From contig FLMG01002395.1 in NCBI GenBank assembly GCA_900088475.1, positions 1-61,651 of the forward strand: 61,651 nt of DNA. The letters run 5' to 3'. Positions 8,524 to 32,899 of the stretch are shown piece by piece (positions within the stretch are counted from its first letter, which is position 1; each line of letters starts with the position of its first letter). Made by a program: the position numbers and the translations under genes. The notes under the pieces are model-generated. The model did not search any database, was not told the origin of the DNA, and worked only from the letters and a program-made list of their open reading frames with translations. The DNA comes from Hyphochytrium catenoides. Lineage: Eukaryota; Protista; Hyphochytriomycota.

Positions 8524-11354
8524 TATGTCTTATATGAAGAGATGTCCTGTGCTGTGGACTCTCAAGACAAGTAGCGGCAATAAGTCGATTGTCCTCAGAT
8601 GAGACAAAACGCGGAATGACGTCCTGACCCAGCAAAGGCCTTTCAGGCCCAGAAGGTGGAAGTGCGGTCGTCATAGCAAAGCCATAGCTAGGACAGTACA
8701 AGGAGAGTGGGACGATTAGGAGACATCCCCAGCTGTCTGAACTGAACTTTCTATGACGATGAGCCCTGCCATAGTAGACTACAGCGGTGCCTGCCTCTTG
8801 AGTGTGATTCATTGCAACACCATCATACCATCATCACAGAGCTCACACCACACTTGACACACTGTCGGGAACTGGGACACAAAGAAGATTGATAGGTTTC
8901 ACGCTGATGAAGCTTTCAATCCAGTGGTAAAGCTGGTAGAGAGCTGCAGGAAACAACCCCAACCCGTCACTTCTTTTCATTCTTTTCTCGGGTCATTGAA
9001 GCAAAAGAAGGAGGACTGACAGCTGTGTACCACAAGTGCTGGCGAATACAACTGACAGGCTTCTTGTATTACAAGGACATCCACAAACGTCCTGATCGCC
9101 TACATAACATGCATTCTTCAGAATCAGAGGCGGCCAATTACAAACATACACTAATGCCAGATTACTTCTTCTCCCCATTTCGCCCATTTGACGCAGTAGC
9201 CCCCTGTGAAAATGTATGAACTAACTCTCAGGACGATAAGCAAAATAGGACTTAGAGAAATATCATCAATGGTCCACCAATCAGCGCTCGCTATCAGTTC
9301 TATTATTCTTAGGCCTTCGTCACGTCCCAACCTTCACTTGCCACAACTGCAACCGTTACTGTAGTTCTACAGCCCAAGCAATCAGAAAGCGCCCCAAAGT
9401 AAGTCGTACCTGCCTCTGGAGCAAAACGAGTGAAGACTCAGAGACTTGAGACAGTGGAACCAGTTCCTTTATTGTCTGGCCTGTCAGAGTCATTGTCTCG
9501 TCAGAGCAAACAACTGTACACTCAGTAAATGCAGGTGAGTGCCACACTCGTTCACACCCCTGTGACTCCCACCACCTAGGGTTTTCTCATCGCTATAGGT
9601 GGTTGATGTCGTCCGGTAGCTGCTCTGCAACAAACCAGCGTTAAATCGGTACCTGATAACCTCTATTTCACTATAAGTTGTTCTATGTAGTTTTCTTTAG
9701 TTATTTCAAGCTTTACGACGAGTACAACTAATTTGAAAGCGTTTGTGGTGGCGGATTGTCTAGAGCTTACCAAAACCGTCGAAAGGAGGTTGCCGGTTGG
9801 CACGCTCTCATCGTGGGAGAACAATCTGTTGATTACAACTCCGGAACCACCTGGTTCAAAAACCTCCTTCCTACTACCTGCTCGACGTGCACTTCTTTCT
9901 TTCGGGAGCCCAGATAATATACAGCGGGGTAGGATGCTCACTGTTATGGCCACCGCGACCTCTGATTGTGGTGTGGCGGCGCAAAGTTTGCTCATAGCAT
10001 CTTCATCCACCGCTTCATAATCTGATGTAATGGAGGCGATGGCATTATTCGTGGAGAGTTCTTTTGATAGCAGGGGAACTAGACTTCTATCGCAAGTAGT
10101 ACTACATTATTCTCAAGCTGCTTTAGCTGTTTCTTCTGCCTCATAATAGATTGGGAGCAGGTTTGGGAAATAACCTCGTACAATGGGTTAACGGTGGATA
10201 ATGCTTATGCAGTGAACAATTATTGCTGTACGTGGCGCTTCTCAATTTTATGACCTTTCTCATCATTATTATTAGCGGTAGTTGAACGACGCTGCAAAGA
10301 TGATGTAGCACATGATCACACTCGCCGACCTCTTCTTGCCTCGTGTTTACAGTTCCATCTTAGCCGCTTAAAAATGGCAGATACCATATGACGGAGGCTG
10401 CCATTGGGTTCATTAGCATTATAATGTCAGATAGTGCATAATGCTGCTGATCTTGGCGGGATAAGCATTAATATTGTCGGCTATGAATACAGCCTCTCTG
10501 CATTATGCATCCTCCAAGCTCGGAAATGAAATTTCTTTGATGGGCCGACCCAGCTGGAGGAGGCTGGTGACTCTGTGATGAGCGTCGACGAGGTGGTAGG
10601 AAGAGGAGGAGCAATAAGCAGCAGCCTCCTTATGCGAGCAGCTTTGGGCAAGGTCAGAAAGAGTGGCACCTATTGTGGAAAACGCACATCGAGCGAGCAG
10701 ATTGGTGCTTCATTGATTCAGTCTCGCCCAAGTCCACCACCGGAAGGGGCACGATCAGGTATACACATTCATCGTCAAAGAACTGATGGCTGGCTTATTG
10801 TGTTTTGTGACTGTTGGTGACCTCCTACGAAGAGACATCCTTCACTCTTCACCCCTCAGCCTATGGTAATCAGAAATGTCACAAACTTTGATATGATCCT
10901 CCCGATCACCGTGACAGCGCACAAACTCATTGTACGACTACAATACATTCGGTCCTTGATGGTTTCATTGGAATCTGATGGAGTGAAGGAGGGAGAGAAG
11001 GGAAGGGAAGGGCTTTCTTCAGCTTATTTATCATAGTCTGTCATCTCTAATAAGAAAGCCATCCATCAGGCATCATCGGCAAGAAGAGCTTGATAGCAAT
11101 CTATGCGCTCAATCCTTTCAGAGGCCTTCAGATCTTACCACTAATAGAATTTTAGGGTTCCCGCTTTGAGGCATTTCTTGCAAGCTGGAGAGACTTACTT
11201 GGTTCGGTAGGGCGATGATCACATCACTCATGGTGCTTCACTGCCTGACGGAAGTGCCGCATTGACCAGGCCATGGTAAAGGACCTGATTTCATCGCATC
11301 ATCCCCTGTAGGCCTATCCTCCCCCTCACCCGCAGCAAGAATATTGTCGCCGTC

Positions 11355-14211
11355 ATGCTTCGCAAGTCACTTTCACTTTATGGTCTAGTTCGGCCGCCAA
11401 GCAATCTGCTATCCTCCAAGAATGGGCTGCAATACGCTTCAAGTCGTTTCTCGTGGCGTCCTAAGACGAGCAACACCCTGGCGCAGGCAACATTGGATAC
11501 TATTTATGGCTTGTCTTCTGCCCCTGGCCGGTGCGGAGTTTCTATCATCCGCATTTCTGGTCATGGCTGCACTCAAGTTCTGAACCAGATGACTCGAGCT
11601 AATAGGTGGGTTTTGCGGGCCAGCTGACGCGTGATACATACTTCCCAGCGGATCACGGATGAACGAACATGACTCTGTAGGCAGTAATCAATGCATCTAA
11701 TGACACCAACCCCCATCTTTGTAGCTTCTGACACCAATCCCCATCAATGTCTCGTCTTCCACAGAGTAAACTCTCCTGTGATTCCCCGGAAGGCTATGAA
11801 GAGGAAGATCGTGCATCCGGAGACTGAAGAATTGCTTGACGAGGGCCTCATCCTCTACTTTCCAGGGCCACACAGCTTTACAGGAGAAGATGTTCTCGAG
11901 CTTCATGTACATGGCAGCCGCGCTGTGATCTCGGAGGTGTTAGCTGCGCTCTCACGGCTACAGGTTGGAAGTCAAATGCATTTGTTCCTCTTTTGGCCTT
12001 TCTTCCTTTCAGCGCCGTCACACATTACTCCAGAAGCGATCTCAAACCTTATGGATGTTCTTTACTCTAAAATATAAGGCGCCACACCTTCTTTATAGCC
12101 CCTACTGTCCGGTCCTGCATCTGACTTTCCGTGTTATCAGGGAACAAGACCTGCAGAGGCGGGGGAGTTTACCCACCGGGCATTCGACAACGGCAAACTT
12201 GGGCTTACTGAGGTGGAGGGATTGGCTGATCTTCTCAATGCGGAAACAGAATCCCAAAGAAAGCAGGCGCTACGGCAGGTTTCCTCGCTACTAGAGTCTT
12301 CCTTCTTGAGCTCAGGCAGTGACTGCTCCCTCCGCCGTCTAGCTTTCAGGGGCACTTGGAGTCAAGTATGACAATTGGAGACAGGAAGTGATTCGGTGTC
12401 TAGCGCATGTAGAGGCACTGATAGATTTTGGAGAGGATGAGGACGACGTTAGGGACTCAGCATACGACGAGGCGCTAGAAAGGTGAGTATCCGAGTGTTG
12501 TGTTAGTGGGTTTGATGTTCTTCTTCAAGCTGGAAATGCCTTATGTCTCTGCATTGACCCACGCCCCAATTATTCTGCGATCCCTAGAGCTAGAAAACTG
12601 AAACAGGATATTGATGGCCATCTCAACGACGGTAGAAGAGGAGAAATAATGCGTGATGGATTCAAGTAGGGGACAGCACGGGCCTCCTTACTCCTCAATT
12701 CTGGTGCTCTTTACACACTTCATGGCCCACATTGGGCCCTACTGTGCATGGGTGCATCGCCAGCCATCCGCCTTTATATTCTCTTATGGTGTACCTGGTA
12801 GCCTAACCCAAACTGACTATCGTCTTTCAAACCTGCTTCTGTCCAATCCCGCCTTACCAACGTAATGCCGCTTGTCCGCAGAATTGCAATTCTAGGTCCT
12901 CCCAACGCGGGTAAAAGCTCCCTTCTTAACACGCTTGCCCGCCGTCCGGCCGCCATCGTATCGCCGGTTGCAGGTACCACTAGGGATGTGGTAGAGGTGG
13001 CCCTCAACCTGAAGGGCTTCCCGGTGGTCTTATATGACACTGCAGGAATTCGGGAGACAGGATGTGGTAAGGAATTGTTAAGAAGGCTCTCAGTGCGGCT
13101 TATTCGGCATTTTCCACTTCATACGTCATGATTTGTGGCTCTCTTTCCTGTTGGGATGCATCTCTCCATCATGTCACAAGCAGCCATATATTTTTTGACC
13201 TATCGTTCAGGTCGACGTCGAAAAGATTGAGGCTTTTTTTTACACTTGTCCCCTTGCTTGGCAATCAACCACTAGTCAAATTGTCTCTTGCTGATCTGCT
13301 CATCATGACTCTATTTGTACACATCGTTTCAGTGGTGGAGCGCGAAGGAGTCTTACGGGCTCAGGAAACTGGATCAGTGGCAGATCTGAAGGTGTTGGTG
13401 ATAGACGCTGATGTAAGACCCGCTACCGCCTCACCGTCGACGTTTATTCCTTAGCTCGCTGCCTACTGTACGGCCTACAATCCGTTCCACTCTTTGTTCC
13501 GTTTTCTTTCCATGTACTGGAAAGCTACTGTGCGCGTTCCAGCCGTTTATGCCGTGTCTGCGCTATTCAGGAAGCAATGCGCAGGGATGCTCCTATCGAG
13601 GCGGCTACCCAGTCTTTCTTAGGACCTTCAACTATATTAGTCTTGAATAAGGCAGATCTCATAAGGCCCGAGAGGGACAGGGTGCAGGAGTGGATTCACA
13701 AGAAGATTGAGTCCCATACATCTCTTGCAGGGGTCTGGGTTATCTCCTGTAGCACTGGAGTTGGGCTAGATGGATTCATTGCGGCGCTTGGCGCGGAAGT
13801 AGAAAAGCGGTATGGCACCCCGCCCTTGAAGTACGCCGCCCTTACTGCGTCATGTTTCTCAAATCTAGCTTAGGCTCTCAGGCAGCGGGCCCGACGAAAT
13901 CTATCTTACTCGAGAAAGGCATAGGGTTCATTTACAAAGATGCAGTCAAGCGCTGGGCAGTTTCTTGGAGTACTCGGTAGAGGTAACATTGACGTTTACT
14001 ATCTAGAGTCTCCCTTGTCCTATCTAGAGTCTCCCTTGCCGTGGTCATACTGCGCCTCGTGTTATCAATTAGGGCTAAAACGCGTCTGCAGGTCGACTTG
14101 GCGGCGGAGGAGCTGCGGGCAGCGGTCATGGAGCTGGGAAGAATAACTGGCAGGGTGGATGTAGAAGAGATCCTAGATGTACTTTTTAAAGATTTCTGTA
14201 TAGGAAAGTAA
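11355..14211 (+). CDS. GTPBP3: tRNA modification GTPase MnmE/TrmE (GTPBP3/MSS1), about 10 exons
   Basis: [66 protein letters not shown] and C-terminal FKDFCIGK* (stop 14209-14211). GT-AG introns and a transit-peptide-like N-terminus. Confidence 0.95.
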
Positions 14212-14423
14212 ACACCTCAACGATTAACCTTGAGCTCGTCTGCTTATCCATCTTATCGCGGAGCAACCTGCTGCTCTACTTCTCACTGTGTGCAAATTTT
14301 TTCCTTTAGTGTAGGAACTTCTCTTGCTTCTGGGACATTGGCCAGTGCATACTCCTCTTTGTTCTCCTCCTCTTGGTGCATGGGTACCTAAGGGTTTCTA
14401 AGGTTTAGTGAAAAGAGTTGTCG

Positions 14424-23825
<9,402 letters not shown>

Positions 23826-24446
23826 TGCGGCTAAATTGGCGTGGAGCCTTCACGCAGAGCTATTTCGTCTGACGGCGCTCAAATTCTCATCTGCCTCTCA
23901 GTCGGCAGAGCGTTTGGTAGTTTTAGGCTTTACACCCTCAATGGCTGAACAAGCAGACTAACAAGCGAACTAGCTCAGCGGCAGGCGGTAGCGTTGATAG
24001 CGTTGAGAACCGATGCTTCAAAGATAAACGAGGACTGGCAGATGTCTAGCTTTGTACGGGAAGCAAAGAGGGAGGCGTTGCTGCCCAGCGAACATTGCAG
24101 AAGCAAGAAGAAGCAGCAGCCCGCGGAGGAGCTTGAGACAGACCGGTGAGGATGATTCCGGGTGCCAATGATTGCCGTTGATGGATTCTTAGGGTCCTTC
24201 CTAGCCCACCCACCCGCCAATGTTAGGTATGGCAGCAGGTCAGCCACCCACTCTTATGGTACTGCTCAAGAGAGGAGATGAGAGGAGCTTGGGATCGCAG
24301 GATCTCGAAGGGGCAAGCTGCTGATGGCCATGGACGAGCGGGCCTTCCTCCTCTTGGTAACGTCAGCACCAGTTGTCGGGACAGATTCCCTGACTTGTGC
24401 TTCAAACCTCTGCCCGGTAAAAGCTTCAAAACCCTTCACGGCTATG

Positions 24447-24519
24447 GCCTCAGATTCTCGGTTGTTTGGGCTGAAGAATGTGCCTCAGATTCTCGGGTGT
24501 TTGGGCTGAGGAATGTGCC
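24447..24519. repeat. 35-bp tandem duplication
   Basis: gcctcagattctcggttgtttgggctgaagaatgt followed by gcctcagattctcgggtgtttgggctgaggaatgt (2 mismatches). Confidence 0.9.
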
Positions 24520-25717
24520 ACTCTGGCGCCCAGATGCGAATAAGCCTTAGCCCTCATCGTGGCGACCAGGCAACGACGGCTGCTTGTAAAAAGTCGTTCG
24601 TAGAAGTATTAATCTACAGCAGAGAGATGCAGGCTTAGCTCTGAGGTGCGCCAAGTGGACCGACAAGACTTCGCCCACGGCCTCTCTTGATGGGGTCTGG
24701 TACTGGAAACACGTGGATTATATGGTTCCCTGGCGCGCTATTGTGCAGAAAGAAAGATAGCCGTAAGAAGGAGGATCATACCCAGCAGGTAGTACAGAAG
24801 ATGATTGTGCGCAATAATCGCTCTATCTTTGTCCTTCAGCCCTCCCTATCTGGCCAGCTGTGCCTCCCAAGTCCTCTCAAAAGTTTGGGCCGCAATCACC
24901 TGCATGTGTGACGTTGCCAGAAGACTTGCATTATACGCTCATATGCGCAGTATTCACACGCCTTTCAAACACGTATATCTTTCCTGGAGGACTCCCTGCT
25001 GGACAATCTAAGTCACTAAGCGCTCTGTGCAAAGTGCTTAGCTGTGGACGTCGATCGTGGCGCCTCGGCACACAGAGTCCGTTTATAATGTCATCTATGC
25101 GGCAATAGCTACCAGCTAACTTTTGCTGGAGCGGTGGTGGCAAATCAGCCATGAGGCTTCGGGAAATTGAAGGCTCCATCTGGCCATAATCCATTGGTAT
25201 GTGGCTCACTCTGTCTTAGTTACTGCAACATCACAGAAGGGGATTGGGATTGCCAGCTTCATTTACGAGAAAGAAATATATAGCCAGGATTACGAAAGCT
25301 CGAGCGGTCCTCATCCTCATGTAACACACAGTCCTAAACGCGCACGCATTGGGTTTGGCATTGACTGTTTCCCAATGGTAAGACAACCAACTCCTCGAAC
25401 AGACGAGAAAGGGCACTCGGTTCGATGCTGAGACAGTTAGCACTGAGTCAGAGGGCAGCTTTTTGAATAAGAAGATAGGCCACTCGTTTTGTCAACTACT
25501 CAGAATTGTACATCTCTGAGCAGCGCGATTCCTCCCTCAGTTGGCGATAGGCCGGGGCATAAGATGTGTTGGCCTTCTCTGCCCTCCTTCAGCTAGGGAG
25601 GATCTATAAGCATAAGTTGGAGTGCCCGCATGACAAGCAGTACCCTCTCTCGCGTCTCAGTCCGTAACATCAAAGGCAGAAGTGCCCCCGTGTTGTTGGG
25701 GTTGAGTGAGATTCACT

Positions 25718-27536
<1,819 letters not shown>

Positions 27537-28419
27537 TTTGACCTCCATCAAAGACATCATACAAAGAGCCAGACAAACGTATCTCTAACCCCTCTGTCTA
27601 ATTCCCTCAATTAGGAATAGATGTGTTTTCATATCTACTTTGTCTCTGACTCTGGGCATGGCCTCGTTTGCAACCCAGTCTGTCCTCTCTGATCCTCTGA
27701 TTCACATGTCTCATACAACACAGCACTGTAACAATGCTTGAAAGACCAATGAAGATCATGGTATTCCTCAGAATACTTAGTCTGATTCTAAATGAGGTCT
27801 GACTGTGAAACACTACTGTATAAAAAAGTCGTACGTGTACAACTGATGACCGCTGGTGTGGATGATGCGAAGCACCTATACTCTACTCTAGGAATTACTT
27901 CGAGGAGCAGTGGTAGAGTGATACCCCATTCCTACATACGTTGCGGATGATGCTAAACAGTTATGATTAGTGGGCAGAAGGTATAGATTGCTACTCTATT
28001 CCTACGGAGGACAAGTATACCTCCTCTTCTGCGCTCTTTGTGTACTATTGGTCTAGTAGATCGATGACCATCGCAGAAAAAGAGGTGATGCCATTCAGTT
28101 CTGATATGTGTGGTGATGATGATGTGGTGGATAACGATAAGAAAAGAGAACCGCAGTCCACCGATGATAAGTGGTCGCAGATGCCTGAAGTAGTGGGGTA
28201 ATAAGAAGGAGTCAGGGCGTCTCCTCGCTCCTCCTCAGCAATGGATGAAAGGAGAAGATAGTACTACGGAGAGTGCCACAGCATAGTTATAAGGTACGTG
28301 GTGGCAGCGCAACAACTATATCTAACTAAAGATTTGCAACGAAGAAGAAGTCGCGGCAGCTAGCTTGATATATCCCTCTTAGAACACTTAATAAATTGGA
28401 CCAGAAGATAGACACCAGG

Positions 28420-28469
28420 NNNNNNNNNNNNNNNNNNNNNNNNNNNNNNNNNNNNNNNNNNNNNNNNNN
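28420..28469. other. Assembly gap (N run)
   Basis: Run of n. Confidence 1.
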
Positions 28470-29514
28470 TGCAATCGCACACTCTGCCTCCTACTGCCGC
28501 CTTGACCTATATTCGCAGACGTTTGTGTAGAGCTATCTAGGGTCGTCCTAGCTTAGTTGGCCAGGATAATAGCCGCAGGGAGGGAAATAATCTTGCGTGG
28601 TCCGACTGGCTCATGGAGCTACGATTCGTCCTTCGCACCAGACAGCAGGAGAACGGCTAAAAAGGGAATTCGGTTCTTCATATAATAAGGTTGAAAAACC
28701 AAATCGTCGTTGACCGATATTTCTAATAAGAGCTTCTACGATGAGAACAACCGCATTCAGATCTTTTCCCTGTGAGTTCACCTCATCAGGTGGATATATA
28801 GTCGATGGGCAGGAGGCGGCGTTAAGGGCTGAGGACAACGGTCAGCCACCTTCCTTTGGTCTCTATTATCTCTTCATCTCTGCTACTCCGTATTACTTTT
28901 GTTTAGTGCTATTGTACTCCGGTAGTAGTTTGGTGCCCAGCTTTGCTCGCATCTTCACACCAACCCCTAAGTATATGTAACGACTGAAACGACTTGGAAA
29001 GCTTCAAACAGAACCTTAGCGAAAGATATTCCAAAGAGTTAATAAAACTATGATTATCTTCGCGATAAGAACTCTGCCTGAAAACTACAAAGGAAATCTA
29101 ACCTTTCCTTTCTAACATCATCATCACATCATCGTTCTTGAAGTCTCCAGCAGCGCGTGGTGGAGATGTAAACACTTCTTCTTTAAAATGATGGAAGTGC
29201 AAGAAGAAGCACGGTGGCAATGTAAAAGGAAGCTGCCCTTACTTTTCGTCCCTGTCCACCCCTGTCTATGGCCCTATTTGCTTTATACTTCGCTGTTGAA
29301 GTTGCGGACCTTTCATGTAGATAGCTAGGGAATGATCGTGAACAAATGATGTCACCGGACAATAGATAGAGTTTGGATAGTGTTCAGCGGCAGGAGAAGA
29401 TGGGAACCGACACAGCAGCAGCTTGTTTCATTTTTGGTCTTTCAGTCCAAATCCAATCCCGATTCGGCTTACCAATCTCAACCATCGTCGGCCGAAGGCC
29501 CTTCTTGGACCAGG

Positions 29515-30450
29515 ATGAGCGCTCTCCGTGTCCGATCTCCGCGCAAAAAATCCGCTGGAGACTTCGAGTTAAGGCCACCAAGCCCAACCAAGAAGCTGAA
29601 GGAGCTTAAGACCGTGGATATTTCTTCTGGCAAGGGCAAAGGGGAGTTCAGAAACTATGTTAGCAGCAACCGCCAGCAAGTGGTGCAGAACCACTACAAG
29701 ATGATGAGACAACATCATACAGTGGAGTTTGCCAAGAAGATGGAGAAGAAATACTTCAAGTTCAATCACGCCAGAATGACTATTCGAGAAGCCTTCGACA
29801 AACTCGCGGGCTATGTTGACACTTCCGACCCAGACACGGCTGCACCCAATATTGAACATGATCTGCAAACTGCAGAAGCGATCAGGAAAGCTGGTCATCC
29901 TGACTGGCTCCAACTTGTGGGTCTGCTCCATGACTTTGGCAAGATTATGTTTCTATGGGGTAGCCGCGAAGACGGACAGCAGGGTACTAATGATGGCGAA
30001 CAATGGGCGTTGGGAGGTGATACCTGGGTGTTGGGATGTCAGATCCCAGACTGTGTGGTTTTCCCTGAGTTCAACGCGCTAAATCCAGACATGAAGGACT
30101 CGCGGTATAATACAAAGTACGGCATCTATAAGCCAAACTGTGGAATGCGAAACCTGATCTATGCCTTTGGGCACGACGAATATATGTACAGAATGTTGGT
30201 CCATAACAAGGTTAAGATCCCCCAGGAAGGTCTAGCAATTATCCGCTATCACAGTTGCTATCCATGGCACAAAGGCAACGCTTATGAACATCTGATGGCA
30301 CCTGGTGATCAAGAGCTAAAGAAATGGGTCCTGGAGTTTAACAAGTTTGACCTCTATACCAAGGCCGACAATCCACCTGATGTGGAGAAGCTCTGGCCCT
30401 ACTACCAAAAGCTCATTGACAAGTATTGCCCAGGCAAGCTGGACTGGTAG
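29515..30450 (+). CDS. MIOX: myo-inositol oxygenase
   Basis: Intronless. FRNY, VDTSDPD, H-x-LQTAEAIR, GLLHDFGK, QWALGGDTWVLGC, FGHDEYMY, IRYHSCYPWH, FNKFDLYTK, PYYQKLIDKY. First ATG in the ORF is at 29515. Confidence 0.95.
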   Translation: MSALRVRSPRKKSAGDFELRPPSPTKKLKELKTVDISSGKGKGEFRNYVSSNRQQVVQNHYKMMRQHHTVEFAKKMEKKYFKFNHARMTIREAFDKLAGYVDTSDPDTAAPNIEHDLQTAEAIRKAGHPDWLQLVGLLHDFGKIMFLWGSREDGQQGTNDGEQWALGGDTWVLGCQIPDCVVFPEFNALNPDMKDSRYNTKYGIYKPNCGMRNLIYAFGHDEYMYRMLVHNKVKIPQEGLAIIRYHSCYPWHKGNAYEHLMAPGDQELKKWVLEFNKFDLYTKADNPPDVEKLWPYYQKLIDKYCPGKLDW

Positions 30451-30791
30451 ACGTCTTTTTGCACGTAATGTCTTTGCGGGCTGACCGCCTTCTGCTCTGT
30501 GTAATATACAACCCAATCAGCACTTTTTTCTCTATATGTGGCGCACTTCTTATCTAAAACATAGCCTGCTTTAAAGACCCATGGAACTATATGTGTGGAA
30601 TGGATGAGTAGTCTTTTAATCTTTATGGCTCCCATAAGGCGAGACTTGGTAATCTGTAGGGTACAGGTATGAAGCAGAACCGCTGGTTTCTAGGTCTTTG
30701 TACATCATGCTGCCGACGATATAGTTGAAACATGGTTCATCAATATAACATGCGTCGGCAATAAATAGCGTTTAGCGTGACTTCCGACTGG

Positions 30792-31260
30792 TTACAAGCA
30801 GCTCGCCTCCTCAGTATCCATGAACCAGCCCCAGCTCTCATCCGCCTCCAGAAGCAGTCGCTTTGGATTTCTGCTTAAGCGCGAAACCGTGTCCAGATCA
30901 CTAATTGTATTCCACGCTAGCGCCGCAATCTGCCGTTTTATATCCATTTCGCATACCCCAGAGGTGCAATGCTGACAATCGAAATCCCAGGAGCCAAGGT
31001 TGAACATACCGCTACCTCTGCTCATGACTCTAGTCATTGGCATAACCTCCGACCGTTCGGGGGGAGGTAAATGGACTTCCGTCTGTGCTGGGCCAGCAGG
31101 GCGTGCGTGATTGAACAACTCCTTGCTCGCCTTTTTGACGTCTTCAGCTTCCTTTTGAACTTCTATCTTGCTGAACTCAACAGGCTTCACCTTGACCGCT
31201 GCAAGGCCCGAAGCAGGAGAAGGCTGTGGCCCCTCTTTCCCTGAAATGTTGTGCCGCTAC
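30792..31260 (-). CDS. Small hypothetical protein ending in a WGWF motif; 5' end unresolved
   Basis: Open frame of at least 132 aa with CQHCTSGVC and C-terminal DESWGWFMD, convergent with MIOX. No clear ATG identified. Confidence 0.5.
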
Positions 31261-32899
31261 TGGGAGACTGAACCTAGTGCAGGTCAGCCCAGGTAATCCA
31301 CGGATATAAGCGTGTTTCCTTAAGCGGCTGGTCGGGGAAAAGGAGCCTTGAACAGAACTTTTAGTTGTAAGGGCCGCAAGCTTGATACGTGTTCTGCATT
31401 TGCGCACTTGCGTTTACAACCTCGCGCCAGCAGCTCAACTTTTGGAAAATTGGATACTGATGGCCAGCAGATGCAACAGGAGGTGTTTCCGAGTGCAGAG
31501 AATTTCTCAGCTCAGTGTATGGTCGAATGCAGAGATCTAGCTAGATGGATGTCCAGCAAGATAGGGCAGGGCCTAAGAGGAGTATCCCTTGGTCAATATG
31601 GCCATTGAAGGTTGATCACTCTTCCCCGCAACACAGAAGTGGCTGAAACTCTACGACAGATAAACAGTGGTGCGGCCTTGGCCAGTGAAGCAGCAGAACC
31701 TCATAATCTATGTAGAAAGCACGCTTTTCTCTCTTCTTCTTCAGCAAGAGAATCGCATGCGAAGGCTGATAGAACTAGGAACTAGAAGTTCTTGAAGGAG
31801 AAGCGATGTACCTTTTGCAATGTGAGAGCCAGCCCTGAGGATGGACAAGGCCTTTGGTCACCTAATAAACCTGTCTCTGGGACAGAGCGCGGGCAGCAAG
31901 CAGAGAGAGAGAGACAGAAAGAGAGAGAAACAGAGCTTGATAATACAATAGAGATGTGGGAGACAGAGAGGTCAGGGAGCGGGAGACAGAGCAGGTTAAC
32001 TCGACTTACAGGTAAAGTCAGAACCCTGGAAGTTGAACCTATACAATTGTACGAGTTTCAAAGGGTGGACCGACTCTGGTGAGAACTACCGACAACTCAA
32101 AAGGAAGAGACGGAGGTTGAACACGCCAGAAGCTTGTGATGGGCATGGAAGAGAGAGGCCAAGGAGAGAGGGGGAGGGAGGTTCTAGAATCCGAAGAGTA
32201 GGGCTTCAGAACGCAGGTTCCAAACCTGTATCCGGGTTAGCCAGATTCCCGAAAGGTCTCTGTTTATAATGATATGCAGGAGTCAGAAATGTTTTCCGGT
32301 TAACCAAATGGGCTCAAGTCAGCTGTTGGTCTCTTTTAGCACGATGCTGGCGCGTCATGCTCCTGATTCACCGCAATAGGCACGAAAAAGCGGAGTCTTT
32401 GGCAGTGGAGTTAGTGCTAAACTCCGCTAGCCAAGCAAGGAAGGGTTTGGACGATCTAGGCCAGTACCACGGAGAATTATTAGGTAATTATTGTGTTTCC
32501 TCGTTAGATTAACATTGCAGCGCGGTAAGTTATCAGGTATGTAAAATACCGGTAGAGGTCGGACCTGCAATTCAGCCTTTTACTAGGGCATCTGACGTGT
32601 TGTAGCGAGGGCTTGGATGAGACAGAGTGTCAGGGGAGGAGGAGGGACAAGAGATAAAGTAAGATTGGGTGGAAGATCTGCTGCTGTCTGGTCGGAAGAC
32701 TTCTCACGCCGCATCTTCAAGCCTGCGAACGATGGAAAGATCTGCGCTCGGACAACTGACCAAAAGGACAAGAAGAGCCGCCAAAGCCAAAGCGCTACGC
32801 TGGACCTTATGATTGATGAGCAAGCTGCCTTTCCCCTTCGCCCTTCACCACCTTGTCCCCTGTCTCAGACTGCAAAGGTCAGCTGATTGCTGAGTCCAT

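Noticed and set aside
9356-10820. Short ORFs such as 9663-10010 as a gene
   Set aside because: No recognisable motifs, interrupted by stops, and no convincing splice model; possibly a relic but unsupported.
14000-14040. tatctagagtctcccttg x2
   Set aside because: Small tandem duplication within an MnmE intron with no evident function.
27800-29160. ORF fragments around the N gap
   Set aside because: No domain recognised, and the gap prevents reconstruction.
32399-32459. Imperfect hairpin followed by CTAG as a Helitron 3' end
   Set aside because: CTAG is followed by G rather than T, the spacing is long, and no 5' TC end or RepHel remnant was found.
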